Shown here: positions 51,603 to 61,033 of the stretch, piece after piece
Layout: each line of letters begins with the position of its first letter
Numbering within the stretch: the stretch's first letter is position 1
Assembly: GCA_964412555.1 (NCBI GenBank)
Contig: CAYPPG010000047.1
Location: 1-63,403, forward strand
Direction of reading: 5' to 3'
Length of the DNA: 63,403 nucleotides
Source of the DNA: an uncultured bacterium
GTDB lineage: Bacteria; Hinthialibacterota; Hinthialibacteria; Hinthialibacterales; Hinthialibacteraceae
Notes under the pieces: model-generated
Database searches by the model: none
What the model saw: the letters and a program-made list of their open reading frames with translations, nothing else
What the model was told of the DNA's origin: nothing
Made by a program: the position numbers and the translations under genes

Positions 51603-54071
51603 TCATGGATTCTCTTCGCCGTCGAATATCTTTTTCATAACATTTCCAACCGATCCGGCACCTTTTTTGATTAGCGAAGCGCCAGTGTCAACGACATTCA
51701 AGGGAAGTTTCAAGACTGCAAGAGTTCGATTCATCAAATTCCGGCCTAAGATTTGAGATATCCCCGTTCCGAAATTGAAAGTCGGATCTCTAAATTCACC
51801 TTCCAATTTGTTGTTGCGAAACGCAATCGTTCCTTGATTGTCTTTCATGCCATTCAACGCAGAGATGGCAGTTCGAGTATCAATCTGAGCCGGCCATTTG
51901 GATTCTGCAGTAGAAAAAACAGGCTGATCCAAATACATATCGAATGTGCTCTCCACATGATCAAATCGGATATCCAAAATACCATTCAGCCGGAAACCGC
52001 TTTTTTCCAATCCAACAGGCAGATAGCCGCGAAAATAGGATTGATACGCCATCATATCTTGAATAGACAAAGACATCGTTGCGTTTAGATTGAGAGGATT
52101 CCATGTCGGTATGACTTTTCCATAAATACTAAATCGGCCCTGGCCGGGGGCAGCAATCTTTGCATTGAGATTCACGGGTACCCACGGATTTTGTTGTCCT
52201 CTTCCGATCTGTAAATCTTTGTAATCGAGATTCAGTGATTCCAATCGATGCGAGATGGGTTGGACGAGCTGCTTATCGGTGATTTTCAAAGTAGCGTTTG
52301 TCATGAGAAATTTGTCAATCCGATACATGGACTCCGCCGTTGACGGAACAACGCGTGAAGGAGACCGTCCCAACTTGTCAGAAATGGCAATCCAATCGGC
52401 CACTGTTTTTGTCAATTCCAATCCATCGGGCAATAAATCACTTTCCGCCTGAAAACGATCCAGTTGTATCAATTTGATGTGTTTCCATCCTCCTGCATAT
52501 TGTTCAATCAACAACGAAGGGATTTCGAAAACAAGATTTTCCTCACTTAGATCAAATACTTTTAATTGATTGATAAGAATTGTGTGACTCGGGGAATGAA
52601 AAAAGAGATCCGTCATTGCCGCCTTCTGTTCCGGACGGCGGTTGGAATGAAGAAACACCATGGCATCATTAAACGTCACATTTTCTATCTTCTCAGCGTG
52701 TTCACCCATTACCCGAGCCATTTTTTCTTTTTCCGGAATAAAGGATTGTAAAATATTACGAATTTGTTGGATGGTTCGTGCAACATTCAGGTTCCCTTCT
52801 CCATCCTCTCGGATGTCGATTTGCAATCCACTCATTTTCATTTCTTTCACGGCCAAGGTTCGTTGGTTGACACCGGAAAAAACTAGGCGGGGAAGATTGA
52901 ACACAGTGCGTCCGTCTTCTTCAATCCGCACATCCGTTACCGTGAGAAGATCCTTGTTTTCCTGAAATTCCAACGTTTCAAAATGAATGCGAATTGCTCC
53001 GGCAGTTGCGTTGTCGACATTTTTTGGAGCGACGTTGATCGTTACCGATTTCAACAGGAGTGAATTCACTCGATTGGGTAGCGTTTCATCCGACTGCCTC
53101 TTTGGGGAAATGATGGAACCAATTTCACGATACACACGCATCCACGCATGATACGTGTCACTGAAATCATATCGATTCACATCAATTTCCTTTCCTTGTA
53201 CTTCAATATTCGACGCAGTCAGATTCAATTTTTCTTCCTCTTGATGTAGAACATTTTCCATATCCAATTTCTCGATATTCAAAAGAGAAGGAGAATCGGG
53301 ACGAAGAACAACATCCAATTTCTCGATCAAAATACTGTCTTCTTCAGTATCATAATGAAATCGATCCATCAAGACGGTTGAAGAGTGATCCATTGCCGTG
53401 TTATCGTCATGCAAATTCAAACGAGCATTTTGAATGGAGATTTCCGGAAATTTGGGAGGTTTTCTTTTCTCCATGGAGGGGGAGACGTCATTGGTTATGG
53501 AACCAACAGCAGGTCTTTCTTTTTTCTCAGCAACGGTAGAGAGTGTTCTCGAGGTGGCCGATTCAATTGGGGTTGCACTCTGAACCGCGGGCGTATTGGA
53601 AACGGCCGTAGATTTCGATCCAACTCCGGCAGGGGAGGCGGAGTTGGGATCCTTGGCAAGCGCCAACTGCCGTTTTCGGTTGTCGGGAACAAACCGTTGA
53701 ATGACACGTGCCCAGTTCAAGTCTCCTTTCGGCAATCGTCGCAATTCGATCCCTGTGTTTCTTGATTGAAAATGGGTTATTTCCACGATACCGCGGATCA
53801 TTTTGGGGAAATTCACTCCCAAGCCAAACGATGCGGCATCGGCAAGAAAGATGCTCGGTTTCGAATTTATGTCATACAATTGCGGTTTTTGTATTACGAT
53901 TTCTCCTGAAAATAAGGACAAATCCGAATCGTGAAAATCAATGCCAAGCCCATACATGGAATTCAATTGGGAGATCGCAATGGAAGTGACCAGAGATTCA
54001 TAATACAAAAAACCAATCGCGATAAAGAGAATTATGAAAATCGAAAGATATATAACAATTTTTTTTCTCAT
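51603..54071 (-). CDS. AsmA/DUF748-like periplasmic protein
   Basis: N-terminal TM anchor, beta-rich repeats, C-terminal 'LEG.F.DP.F' and amphipathic helices. Confidence 0.7.
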   Translation of the reverse strand: MRKKIVIYLSIFIILFIAIGFLYYESLVTSIAISQLNSMYGLGIDFHDSDLSLFSGEIVIQKPQLYDINSKPSIFLADAASFGLGVNFPKMIRGIVEITHFQSRNTGIELRRLPKGDLNWARVIQRFVPDNRKRQLALAKDPNSASPAGVGSKSTAVSNTPAVQSATPIESATSRTLSTVAEKKERPAVGSITNDVSPSMEKRKPPKFPEISIQNARLNLHDDNTAMDHSSTVLMDRFHYDTEEDSILIEKLDVVLRPDSPSLLNIEKLDMENVLHQEEEKLNLTASNIEVQGKEIDVNRYDFSDTYHAWMRVYREIGSIISPKRQSDETLPNRVNSLLLKSVTINVAPKNVDNATAGAIRIHFETLEFQENKDLLTVTDVRIEEDGRTVFNLPRLVFSGVNQRTLAVKEMKMSGLQIDIREDGEGNLNVARTIQQIRNILQSFIPEKEKMARVMGEHAEKIENVTFNDAMVFLHSNRRPEQKAAMTDLFFHSPSHTILINQLKVFDLSEENLVFEIPSLLIEQYAGGWKHIKLIQLDRFQAESDLLPDGLELTKTVADWIAISDKLGRSPSRVVPSTAESMYRIDKFLMTNATLKITDKQLVQPISHRLESLNLDYKDLQIGRGQQNPWVPVNLNAKIAAPGQGRFSIYGKVIPTWNPLNLNATMSLSIQDMMAYQSYFRGYLPVGLEKSGFRLNGILDIRFDHVESTFDMYLDQPVFSTAESKWPAQIDTRTAISALNGMKDNQGTIAFRNNKLEGEFRDPTFNFGTGISQILGRNLMNRTLAVLKLPLNVVDTGASLIKKGAGSVGNVMKKIFDGEENP

Positions 54072-54262
54072 ACTACTCAACCTTAAAAATGGAAAGAACC
54101 GTTTCACGTATTTGACAGAGAGATCATACACCATACCTCTTACCGGAGAATGAAACGGCTAGAAGACCATCCTTAGAAAAATTCTTTTTCTATTCTTTTT
54201 TTTCTGATGTAGAATTGACACTGTTCTTTCTCTATATACTATCGTGAATTCAAAAAAAGAAA

Positions 54263-54856
54263 CTACACTTTTTTGGGATAGGCATGTATCCAATCGATTT
54301 CGAGAAGGAAAGGTCCTGCTTGTTTTTCCGATATCAGGAAACCGAATGTTCGTATTTGATCCGTGGCTACGGGAGGCACGTCTTTCAGGATACGTCCCCG
54401 AAACGTGGGAATGAATGATGAAAAAGGAATGGTTACCATGATCCATTCTTCCTTCCGGGTTTCGAAGGAAGATTGATAGAGTACTCCGTCGAATTGGGGA
54501 TCGGTCTTGATGCATAATTTATAACGCTTTCCATCGCCACGAATCCGCATTCGGATTCCTTCATAGGAACTCAAATCATATAGAACTACAGAAGAACGAA
54601 CGGACGCGAATCCGCCATTGTTTTCAAGGGAGACCACTCCTGAAAACCGGGCAATCCCCCCTTTTCCCACCACAAAACGGCTGTCGGATACACCGCCCAT
54701 CACCGTATCGTTGATCGGGCGCCATTCTTTTTGTTTTTCTGTTTTTGTGAAATCAAATAAGGTGAATTCCTTGTTTTCTGCAGACATAACATCCCCTCCA
54801 ATGAAAAAAGCGGCAATGATCACGCCGTAGATAATCGCTGAACATTTTCGAATCAT
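54263..54856 (-). CDS. CIA30-family protein (secreted)
   Basis: W..INDTVMGGVS, SLENNGGFASVR, GDGKRY, IPF..F.PTFRG. Confidence 0.9.
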   Translation of the reverse strand: MIRKCSAIIYGVIIAAFFIGGDVMSAENKEFTLFDFTKTEKQKEWRPINDTVMGGVSDSRFVVGKGGIARFSGVVSLENNGGFASVRSSVVLYDLSSYEGIRMRIRGDGKRYKLCIKTDPQFDGVLYQSSFETRKEEWIMVTIPFSSFIPTFRGRILKDVPPVATDQIRTFGFLISEKQAGPFLLEIDWIHAYPKKV

Positions 54857-55160
54857 TATAATTTCCCTCATGTTTGTTGAATAAGATTGACGGACACCTG
54901 TTTATAGAATACTTCCCCCTCTTCAAACAAGACTCCGAGAATTGTAATTCTATTCACTCCCATACTATTATACACTTGTGGAAGATCGTCTATGGTAGTC
55001 AGAATGGTAAAATCAGCCATGACCAAAGAGAAATCATAAGGGGTGGTCACAAACGATCATGAAAATGCTATCATTGTATGATTCATTTTAGCGCTGGCGA
55101 GAACGCCTACTCGAATAGCACATCGTTTCATCTAGGCTATTACGTTAAAGGAGCAAGACT

Positions 55161-56564
55161 ATGTCCATTTCAAGACGTTCATTTCTCGGAGGCCTTGCCA
55201 TAGGAACAGCCGGTCTCACAATGCCGCAGGTTTTATTGTCAGCAGAGAGCGAAAAACGCCCGAACATTCTCTTCATCCTTGTCGACGACCAGCGTAACGA
55301 CACATTGGGATGCGCCGGTCATCCGATTCTCAAAACACCGGTAATCGACAGTTTGGCGGAAAAGGGTGTGCGCTTCCGGAATGCATTTGTCACCACGTCC
55401 ATCTGCGCCGCCAGCCGCGCGTCCCTTTTTACCGGTTTGCATGAGCGCACGCATGGTTTCACCTTCGGTACCCCTCCGATCTCGGCTGAGCATGCGGGGA
55501 GCAGTTATCCCGCCTTACTCCGTCAAGCCGGGTATCGAACCGGTTTCATCGGCAAATTCGGAGTCAGCGTTGCCGAGGGCATGAAATCCGAGATGTTCCA
55601 TTTCTTCAAGCCGCTGGGGCGCAATCCGTATTTCCATAAACAAAAAGACGGCAGTTTGCGTCACGAAACGGAACTGGCCGGTGATCATGCCATTGAGTTC
55701 TTGCAAAGCAATCCGGATCAGCAACCGTTTTGCTTGTCGGTCAGTTTCAATGCCGTCCATGCGGAGGACAGCGACAAAGAAGACCATTATCCCTGGCCGA
55801 AAGCCGTCGACGGGATGTACGACGATGTCGATATCCCTCCGCCACGACTTTCCGATCCTGATATCTTTGAATCGCAGCCAGAGTTTTTGAAAGAATCATT
55901 AAATCGCCAACGGTATTACTGGCGGTGGGACACTCAGGAGAAATACCAGAAGAACATGCGTGCTTATTTCCGTATGATCAGCGGTGTCGATCGGGTCATC
56001 GGCCGAATTCGGGCTGAACTGAAAAAACAAGGGCTTGATGAAAAAACAGTCATCATTTATACCGGAGATAATGGGTATTATATGGGTGACCGGGGTTTCG
56101 CCGGCAAGTGGTCGCATTATGAGCAATCCTTGCGCGTTCCTCTCATCATTTACGATCCGCGTCTTCCGAAAGAGCGGCGCGGTGTCGTACTCGATCCCAT
56201 GGCGCTGAACATCGATATTACTTCTACCATGCTGGATTTGGCCGGTGTGTCGATCCCCTCACACTATCAAGGCCAAAGTCTAGTTCCATTAGCCAATGGT
56301 GCGCCGGTCCTTACTTGGCGGGAGGATTTCTTCTGTGAGCATCTGATGGACCATAAAGCCATTCCCAAATGGGAAGGCATTCGTGAACGGTGGTATGTAT
56401 ATGCCCGATATTTCGAGCAGGAACCGGCTTATGAGTTTTTGCATGATCTTAAGATCGATCCGGATCAGCGGATGAACTTAGCGGGCGATCCGGCGTATGC
56501 GTCGGTCCTGGTTTCCATGCGGAAGCGGTGTGATGAGTTGAAGGAGAAGTATAGAAAGCCGTGA
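55161..56564 (+). CDS. Tat-exported Cys-type sulfatase
   Basis: [41 protein letters not shown]. Confidence 0.92.
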   Translation: MSISRRSFLGGLAIGTAGLTMPQVLLSAESEKRPNILFILVDDQRNDTLGCAGHPILKTPVIDSLAEKGVRFRNAFVTTSICAASRASLFTGLHERTHGFTFGTPPISAEHAGSSYPALLRQAGYRTGFIGKFGVSVAEGMKSEMFHFFKPLGRNPYFHKQKDGSLRHETELAGDHAIEFLQSNPDQQPFCLSVSFNAVHAEDSDKEDHYPWPKAVDGMYDDVDIPPPRLSDPDIFESQPEFLKESLNRQRYYWRWDTQEKYQKNMRAYFRMISGVDRVIGRIRAELKKQGLDEKTVIIYTGDNGYYMGDRGFAGKWSHYEQSLRVPLIIYDPRLPKERRGVVLDPMALNIDITSTMLDLAGVSIPSHYQGQSLVPLANGAPVLTWREDFFCEHLMDHKAIPKWEGIRERWYVYARYFEQEPAYEFLHDLKIDPDQRMNLAGDPAYASVLVSMRKRCDELKEKYRKP

Positions 56565-56571
56565 AATTGAA

Positions 56572-56597
56572 GGGCAAGCGAGACGCTTGTTCTACCC
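56572..56597 (-). repeat. REP-like palindrome
   Basis: Minus strand GGGTAGAA-CAAGC-GTCTC-GCTTG-CCC, between convergent genes. Confidence 0.7.
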
Positions 56598-56605
56598 TAT
56601 TCCAT

Positions 56606-57730
56606 TTACTTTTTTTCAATTGAGATTGAATGCAACTCGATTGTTCCTTGAAATCCACCCAGATTCTCCACCGTCAACCGAATGAAATTCTTTCCGGACT
56701 GTAATTCCAAAGAGATTGTATACGGCTTGGGCTGGGCCGATTTGATCCAGATTTTCTCCACCGGCAATCCGTTGGCGACGATTTCGATTTCCGGAATATC
56801 CACCCCTTCCGCTTGGCCGGATAATTCCAGGGTTAATTCATACAGGCCGCTTGATTCCGTGTACATATTGAGCAAGGTTTGATAGACGGGGCGGGGTACT
56901 TGATCGGTGGGGTAAAAGCAATCCGCTATGGGGATTTTGCCTTGATCCGCGGGAAGTGGTTGGTTCTTCCAAAGTGCATCAAGATAGTGTGCACAACGAT
57001 CTTCAGGGATAGATTGTAAATATATATCGAGATGGGTATTTGCTTTTTCCAAATCGCTGGAATTTTCAAATGCCTTCGCCAAGATAAAATGGCAGCGGGG
57101 GTTTTCGCAAACCGGCAACTGACGAATTTCTTTCCATTGTTCATCATTCAGCGCTTTTTCTGTATATCGTAAAAACAAATACCAATCATCCGAAGCGGGG
57201 ACCGGTTGCTTGGTCAGCCAATAACAACGCCCCCGACCATACAATGCTTCCAGGAGAATCAATCCGTTTCCATACTCGAATACGCCGTTGTAGGCGCGAA
57301 TTGCTTCGGAGTAGCGTTCAAGACGCTGCAAAGTATCCCCAAGACTCAGGTGTGGCTGCCCCAAAGAAAAACCAGGATCTTGCTCGATCACTTTTTTGTA
57401 CATTCCCACTGCGAGTTCGAGCTCATCCGTTGCGCCAAGCACAAAATAGGCGTTGGCGATAGCCAGCCGGTGCTGAACCACCTGCGCTTCATGCCGCTTC
57501 AAGCCTTTTTCATCATATAATCGTTGATAGAAGCGCTCGCCTTTGCGAAATGTTTCCACTGCCTCGAATAGTTTTCCATCCCGCACCAATTTCAAGCCGT
57601 TCGCATAAGCGGCATCGGGCTGCATTTCTTCAATGCCCAGCAAGTAGCGTGGATCTGATGCGAGAAACGCGAACAGGGAAAGCGCTCCAACTAGAACAAC
57701 AAACCAGATGATGAGAATGATTTTATTCAT
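56606..57730 (-). CDS. Membrane-anchored TPR protein with C-terminal beta-sandwich
   Basis: N-terminal TM, TPR-like helices, 'L.LQSGKNFIRL' terminal strand. Confidence 0.7.
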   Translation of the reverse strand: MNKIILIIWFVVLVGALSLFAFLASDPRYLLGIEEMQPDAAYANGLKLVRDGKLFEAVETFRKGERFYQRLYDEKGLKRHEAQVVQHRLAIANAYFVLGATDELELAVGMYKKVIEQDPGFSLGQPHLSLGDTLQRLERYSEAIRAYNGVFEYGNGLILLEALYGRGRCYWLTKQPVPASDDWYLFLRYTEKALNDEQWKEIRQLPVCENPRCHFILAKAFENSSDLEKANTHLDIYLQSIPEDRCAHYLDALWKNQPLPADQGKIPIADCFYPTDQVPRPVYQTLLNMYTESSGLYELTLELSGQAEGVDIPEIEIVANGLPVEKIWIKSAQPKPYTISLELQSGKNFIRLTVENLGGFQGTIELHSISIEKK

Positions 57731-57802
57731 GACTAATATCTGTAATGCACTCAGCTCTTTTCCTGTTTTTTAAATTCATACAAAAAGAAGCAATCGATAA
57801 GA

Positions 57803-58969
57803 TCAATCAAACGTTTCGATGCGAAGATCCTTGAAGCGAATGTGGCTGTTTCGGCTGTGCATTTGTAATGAGATGTGGCCTGGCCGGTCTTCCGTTTCGT
57901 GGTATTCGGCAATCGGTTTTCCATTCACCAATACCAGGGAGTAATTTCCTTTGCAGACAATCTGCATCAAAAACCATTGGCCGTTCTTGGATAGGAGCGT
58001 TTCGGCAGGGGTATGGTTGTAGATACTGCCGGTCATATTTTTCGCACCTTTGACATTATATATTTGCGCCTCATAACCGCGGTCCCCGAGTTTGTTCCAG
58101 CGGTAAAAGATTCCACCATTTGAATTTTCGCTTGCGTTGACATACGCCCACAAATGGAAATCTTTGTACTCTTTTTCAGTGATCGCATAACCGTTGCCGT
58201 CACGGGCTACCAATTCCCCGTTCTCGACACTCCATTTCGCCTCGCCGATGATGTTCCATCCGCTCAAGTCTTCACCGTTGAAAAGAGATGTCCATCTTGA
58301 TTCCGAATTGCCTCCCAAATCTTTGACGCGAATGGTGCGAAACCATGCCTTGCCGCCATGATCTTGAATGCCGAGATAACCGCATCGGTTTCGCCATCGC
58401 AGGCGGATATCGTCTTCGCAGTTGACATCCTGGACCACAGTGCCGTTCAGTGTCACTTTCAGATGTGGCCAGTTGCAATAGAGTTCCAGTTCGTTCCATT
58501 CACCTGCCGGTTTGGAGGCATCCACTTTGGGAGGATAAACACCGTACAGTGCCCCAGCATGCCATGTCTTCGGTTCCTGGCCGTGGCTGTCAAAAATTTG
58601 GATTTCGCCGCCAATCCGGGATAGGCGGCCATGTTCCGGCGCATGAAAAAAGATTCCGCTATTGGTTTTGGGTGCGAGTTTGTACTCTAACCGAAGAATA
58701 AAATTTTCATACTTTTTTTCAGAACGCAGATAGTGACCTTTATTTGGAGTTAATATGATGCAACCGTCTTCAACGGAAAACGCCTTCGGATTGGCTGTGG
58801 GTGTCCAGCCGGTTAAATCCTCGCCATTGAAGAGTAATTCAAATCCTGATTTTTCTTCCTGTTTTGTCAACTCGTTGATTCCAGCGTTAGCGGGAAAGGA
58901 AAAAACAATTATGGCTGCAATGGCTGGAAAAAGAAAACAAATTCGTTTTGTGATTCCATCAATAAACAT
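57803..58969 (-). CDS. Secreted tandem DUF1080 (3-keto-disaccharide hydrolase-like) protein
   Basis: Two LFNGEDL.GW...NSG/NGG...E.QI...QDH/QMH domains. Confidence 0.9.
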   Translation of the reverse strand: MFIDGITKRICFLFPAIAAIIVFSFPANAGINELTKQEEKSGFELLFNGEDLTGWTPTANPKAFSVEDGCIILTPNKGHYLRSEKKYENFILRLEYKLAPKTNSGIFFHAPEHGRLSRIGGEIQIFDSHGQEPKTWHAGALYGVYPPKVDASKPAGEWNELELYCNWPHLKVTLNGTVVQDVNCEDDIRLRWRNRCGYLGIQDHGGKAWFRTIRVKDLGGNSESRWTSLFNGEDLSGWNIIGEAKWSVENGELVARDGNGYAITEKEYKDFHLWAYVNASENSNGGIFYRWNKLGDRGYEAQIYNVKGAKNMTGSIYNHTPAETLLSKNGQWFLMQIVCKGNYSLVLVNGKPIAEYHETEDRPGHISLQMHSRNSHIRFKDLRIETFD

Positions 58970-59080
58970 ATTCAAAGAATTCCTCCGATTGTCAAAATTG
59001 TGTATCTCTTTTCATTGTGTACACAATGAGCTTCGAATGCAATCCTGATAGTCTCGGTAATAGGATGATCGTCTCTCGCT

Positions 59081-59109
59081 TTGACATTGGTGTTGATTGT
59101 TTATAGGAT
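59081..59109 (+). promoter_or_regulatory. Sigma70-type promoter of the rfaE2-SGNH operon
   Basis: TTGACA-17-TAGGAT. Confidence 0.65.
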
Positions 59110-59117
59110 AGGAAAAT

Positions 59118-59171
59118 GTAATGCCACCGTCTCGGCGGCACGAATAAGAGCCGGCAGGATACCGGTGTTAC
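59118..59171. repeat. Inverted REP-like pair
   Basis: GTAATGCCACCGTCTCGGCGGCA and inverted GTAACACCGGTATCCTGCCGGC. Confidence 0.7.
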
Positions 59172-59219
59172 ATCTGATTTAGTACAATGGATAAGTGTGG
59201 TTGCATACGTTCGTTGTAA

Positions 59220-59246
59220 GATGCGGGCAAGATGCCCGCGCTCCAA
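59220..59246 (-). repeat. REP-like palindrome
   Basis: Reverse complement TTGGAGCGCGGGCATCTTGCCCGCATC; matches 7355-7381. Confidence 0.8.
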
Positions 59247-59265
59247 CAATGAAAAGAGGTTATTT

Positions 59266-59748
59266 ATGATTTTTCATTTGGATGAGAAAGAGAAGTGGCA
59301 GCCTGTGGTTAATCGACTGCGGAACGAAGGGAAAAAAATATCAACCACGAATGGCACATTTGATATCATTCACATCGGCCATATTCGTTTGATTCGTGAA
59401 GCGAAAGAGCAGGGGGATTTTCTGATCCTCGGGCTAAACAGCGATCAATCCGTGAAGCAATATAAAAGCGAAAAGCGGCCGATCGTTCATCAAGAAGAAC
59501 GCGCGGCGATCATGGAGGCGATTCGTTATATCGACATGATCTTGATTTTCGACGAGCCGGAGAGTTTGCGTTTCGTCCGCGAAGTCAAACCGGATGTGCA
59601 CGTCAAAGATTCGACTTACGGGTACGATCTCATCGAAGCGCCCATCGTGAATAGTTACGGTGGGAAAATCTATCTCGTTCAAAAAGATGATCATTCCACC
59701 ACGAATATCATCGAAAAAATACTCGACGTTTATCAGGATGAAAAATAA
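59266..59748 (+). CDS. rfaE2: D-glycero-beta-D-manno-heptose 1-phosphate adenylyltransferase (RfaE domain II)
   Basis: TNGTFDIIHIGH, LGLNSD.SV..K...RP, STTNII. Confidence 0.85.
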   Translation: MIFHLDEKEKWQPVVNRLRNEGKKISTTNGTFDIIHIGHIRLIREAKEQGDFLILGLNSDQSVKQYKSEKRPIVHQEERAAIMEAIRYIDMILIFDEPESLRFVREVKPDVHVKDSTYGYDLIEAPIVNSYGGKIYLVQKDDHSTTNIIEKILDVYQDEK

Positions 59749-60961
59749 ACCCAACCATTCCCAAAAACTACCTGAAATAAAAACCAAAACTCCTGTTCCG
59801 CGCCGTATCGGAACTTCCAAAGCGATTCTATTCGGAACGATTGCCTGCTTGCTGTGTGTTTTAGCAGTCTTCACGGCACTGGAATTGACCTTTCGATCGA
59901 TTTACGAGCGGGCAGAGTCTCTCGACTGGCTTCGTTTTCATCCGACCCGGCTGTATATCAACAATCCGGATCGGCCGAAAGTATATTGGAATACGGAATG
60001 GAATGTCAATTCGCAGGGATTGCGCGGACCGGAACTCGGCCCTAAATCCAAACCGCGGATTTACTGCCTGGGTGATTCGAGCACATTCGGGTATCGCGCA
60101 TCGTATGCTGAATGTTATCCCGGCCGTTTAAATAGATTGCTGAAGGAATATGAAACGATCAATGGGGGGACGTTCGGATATACGAGTTTTCAGGGATTGA
60201 AGCAGTTCGAGGAACTTAAACCACAGATCAAGCCCGATATCGTCACTATCGCATTCGGCTTCAATGATCGCCGTTATGTCGTGCGTCCGGATTTGATTGA
60301 CAGTGAAGAGACTTTTACTACACTCTATCAGCGATACAGCCTGCATATGTTTCTCAGTCATAGCCGGTTTTATCAAGTCTTGATGCACACGCGAATGGAA
60401 AACCGGCTGCGCAAACATCCGCCGATCACGACGCTTGTTCCGCGAGTCGACACACTTCAGTACCGCAAGAATATCGAAACAATCATCACGCAATGTCAGA
60501 AAGAGAATATCAAAGTCATACTGATTGGAATCGGAGACCATCCGGAAATGTTTCGGATCGTGAACGAAGGGGCGTTGGCGCTCGAAAAGGGGGAAAGAGA
60601 AAAAGCCATTGTACTTTTCCAAAGGGTGCGGGAAGGAAGATTTTCCGAAGACGCGCAAGTGATTGCAACGTATTTGCAAACGATCGCGTTACAAGCGATG
60701 GGAAATTTCGAAGAAGCGGATGCCAGGCAGTTCGATTATCCGCATTATTATCATTTTCCCGGTGTCAATCCGATTCGCACTGCGCACAGTTATTTTCGAG
60801 CGCTCAAGGAGTTAGGAAAGACCTATGATTTACCGGTGATTTTTTATCTGGATTTGATTAAGGATGATCCTAAATATTATATTGACGAGTGTCACCCATC
60901 AATCGAAGGGTATCGCATTTTGGCAGAAACAATCGCAGAAACAATCAAGTCCTATGATTAG
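59738..60961 (+). CDS. Membrane-anchored SGNH/GDSL hydrolase with TPR-like insertion
   Basis: N..GLRG, GDSSTFG, GYTSFQG, FG.ND, terminal DECHPS. Confidence 0.85.
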   Translation: MKNKPNHSQKLPEIKTKTPVPRRIGTSKAILFGTIACLLCVLAVFTALELTFRSIYERAESLDWLRFHPTRLYINNPDRPKVYWNTEWNVNSQGLRGPELGPKSKPRIYCLGDSSTFGYRASYAECYPGRLNRLLKEYETINGGTFGYTSFQGLKQFEELKPQIKPDIVTIAFGFNDRRYVVRPDLIDSEETFTTLYQRYSLHMFLSHSRFYQVLMHTRMENRLRKHPPITTLVPRVDTLQYRKNIETIITQCQKENIKVILIGIGDHPEMFRIVNEGALALEKGEREKAIVLFQRVREGRFSEDAQVIATYLQTIALQAMGNFEEADARQFDYPHYYHFPGVNPIRTAHSYFRALKELGKTYDLPVIFYLDLIKDDPKYYIDECHPSIEGYRILAETIAETIKSYD

Positions 60962-60986
60962 TGATTTTCGTTGGATAGGAAAGAGG

Positions 60987-61021
60987 AAAAAGGGGATACG
61001 GTATTTGTGTATCCCCTTTTT
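60987..61021. terminator. Bidirectional intrinsic terminator
   Basis: AAAAAGGGGATAC...GTATCCCCTTTTT between convergent genes. Confidence 0.85.
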
Positions 61022-61033
61022 GAATTTGTTGGT

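Noticed and set aside
54868-55050. 60-aa ORF upstream of CIA30
   Set aside because: No RBS or motif, and it spans a probable promoter (TATAAT); it cannot be supported.
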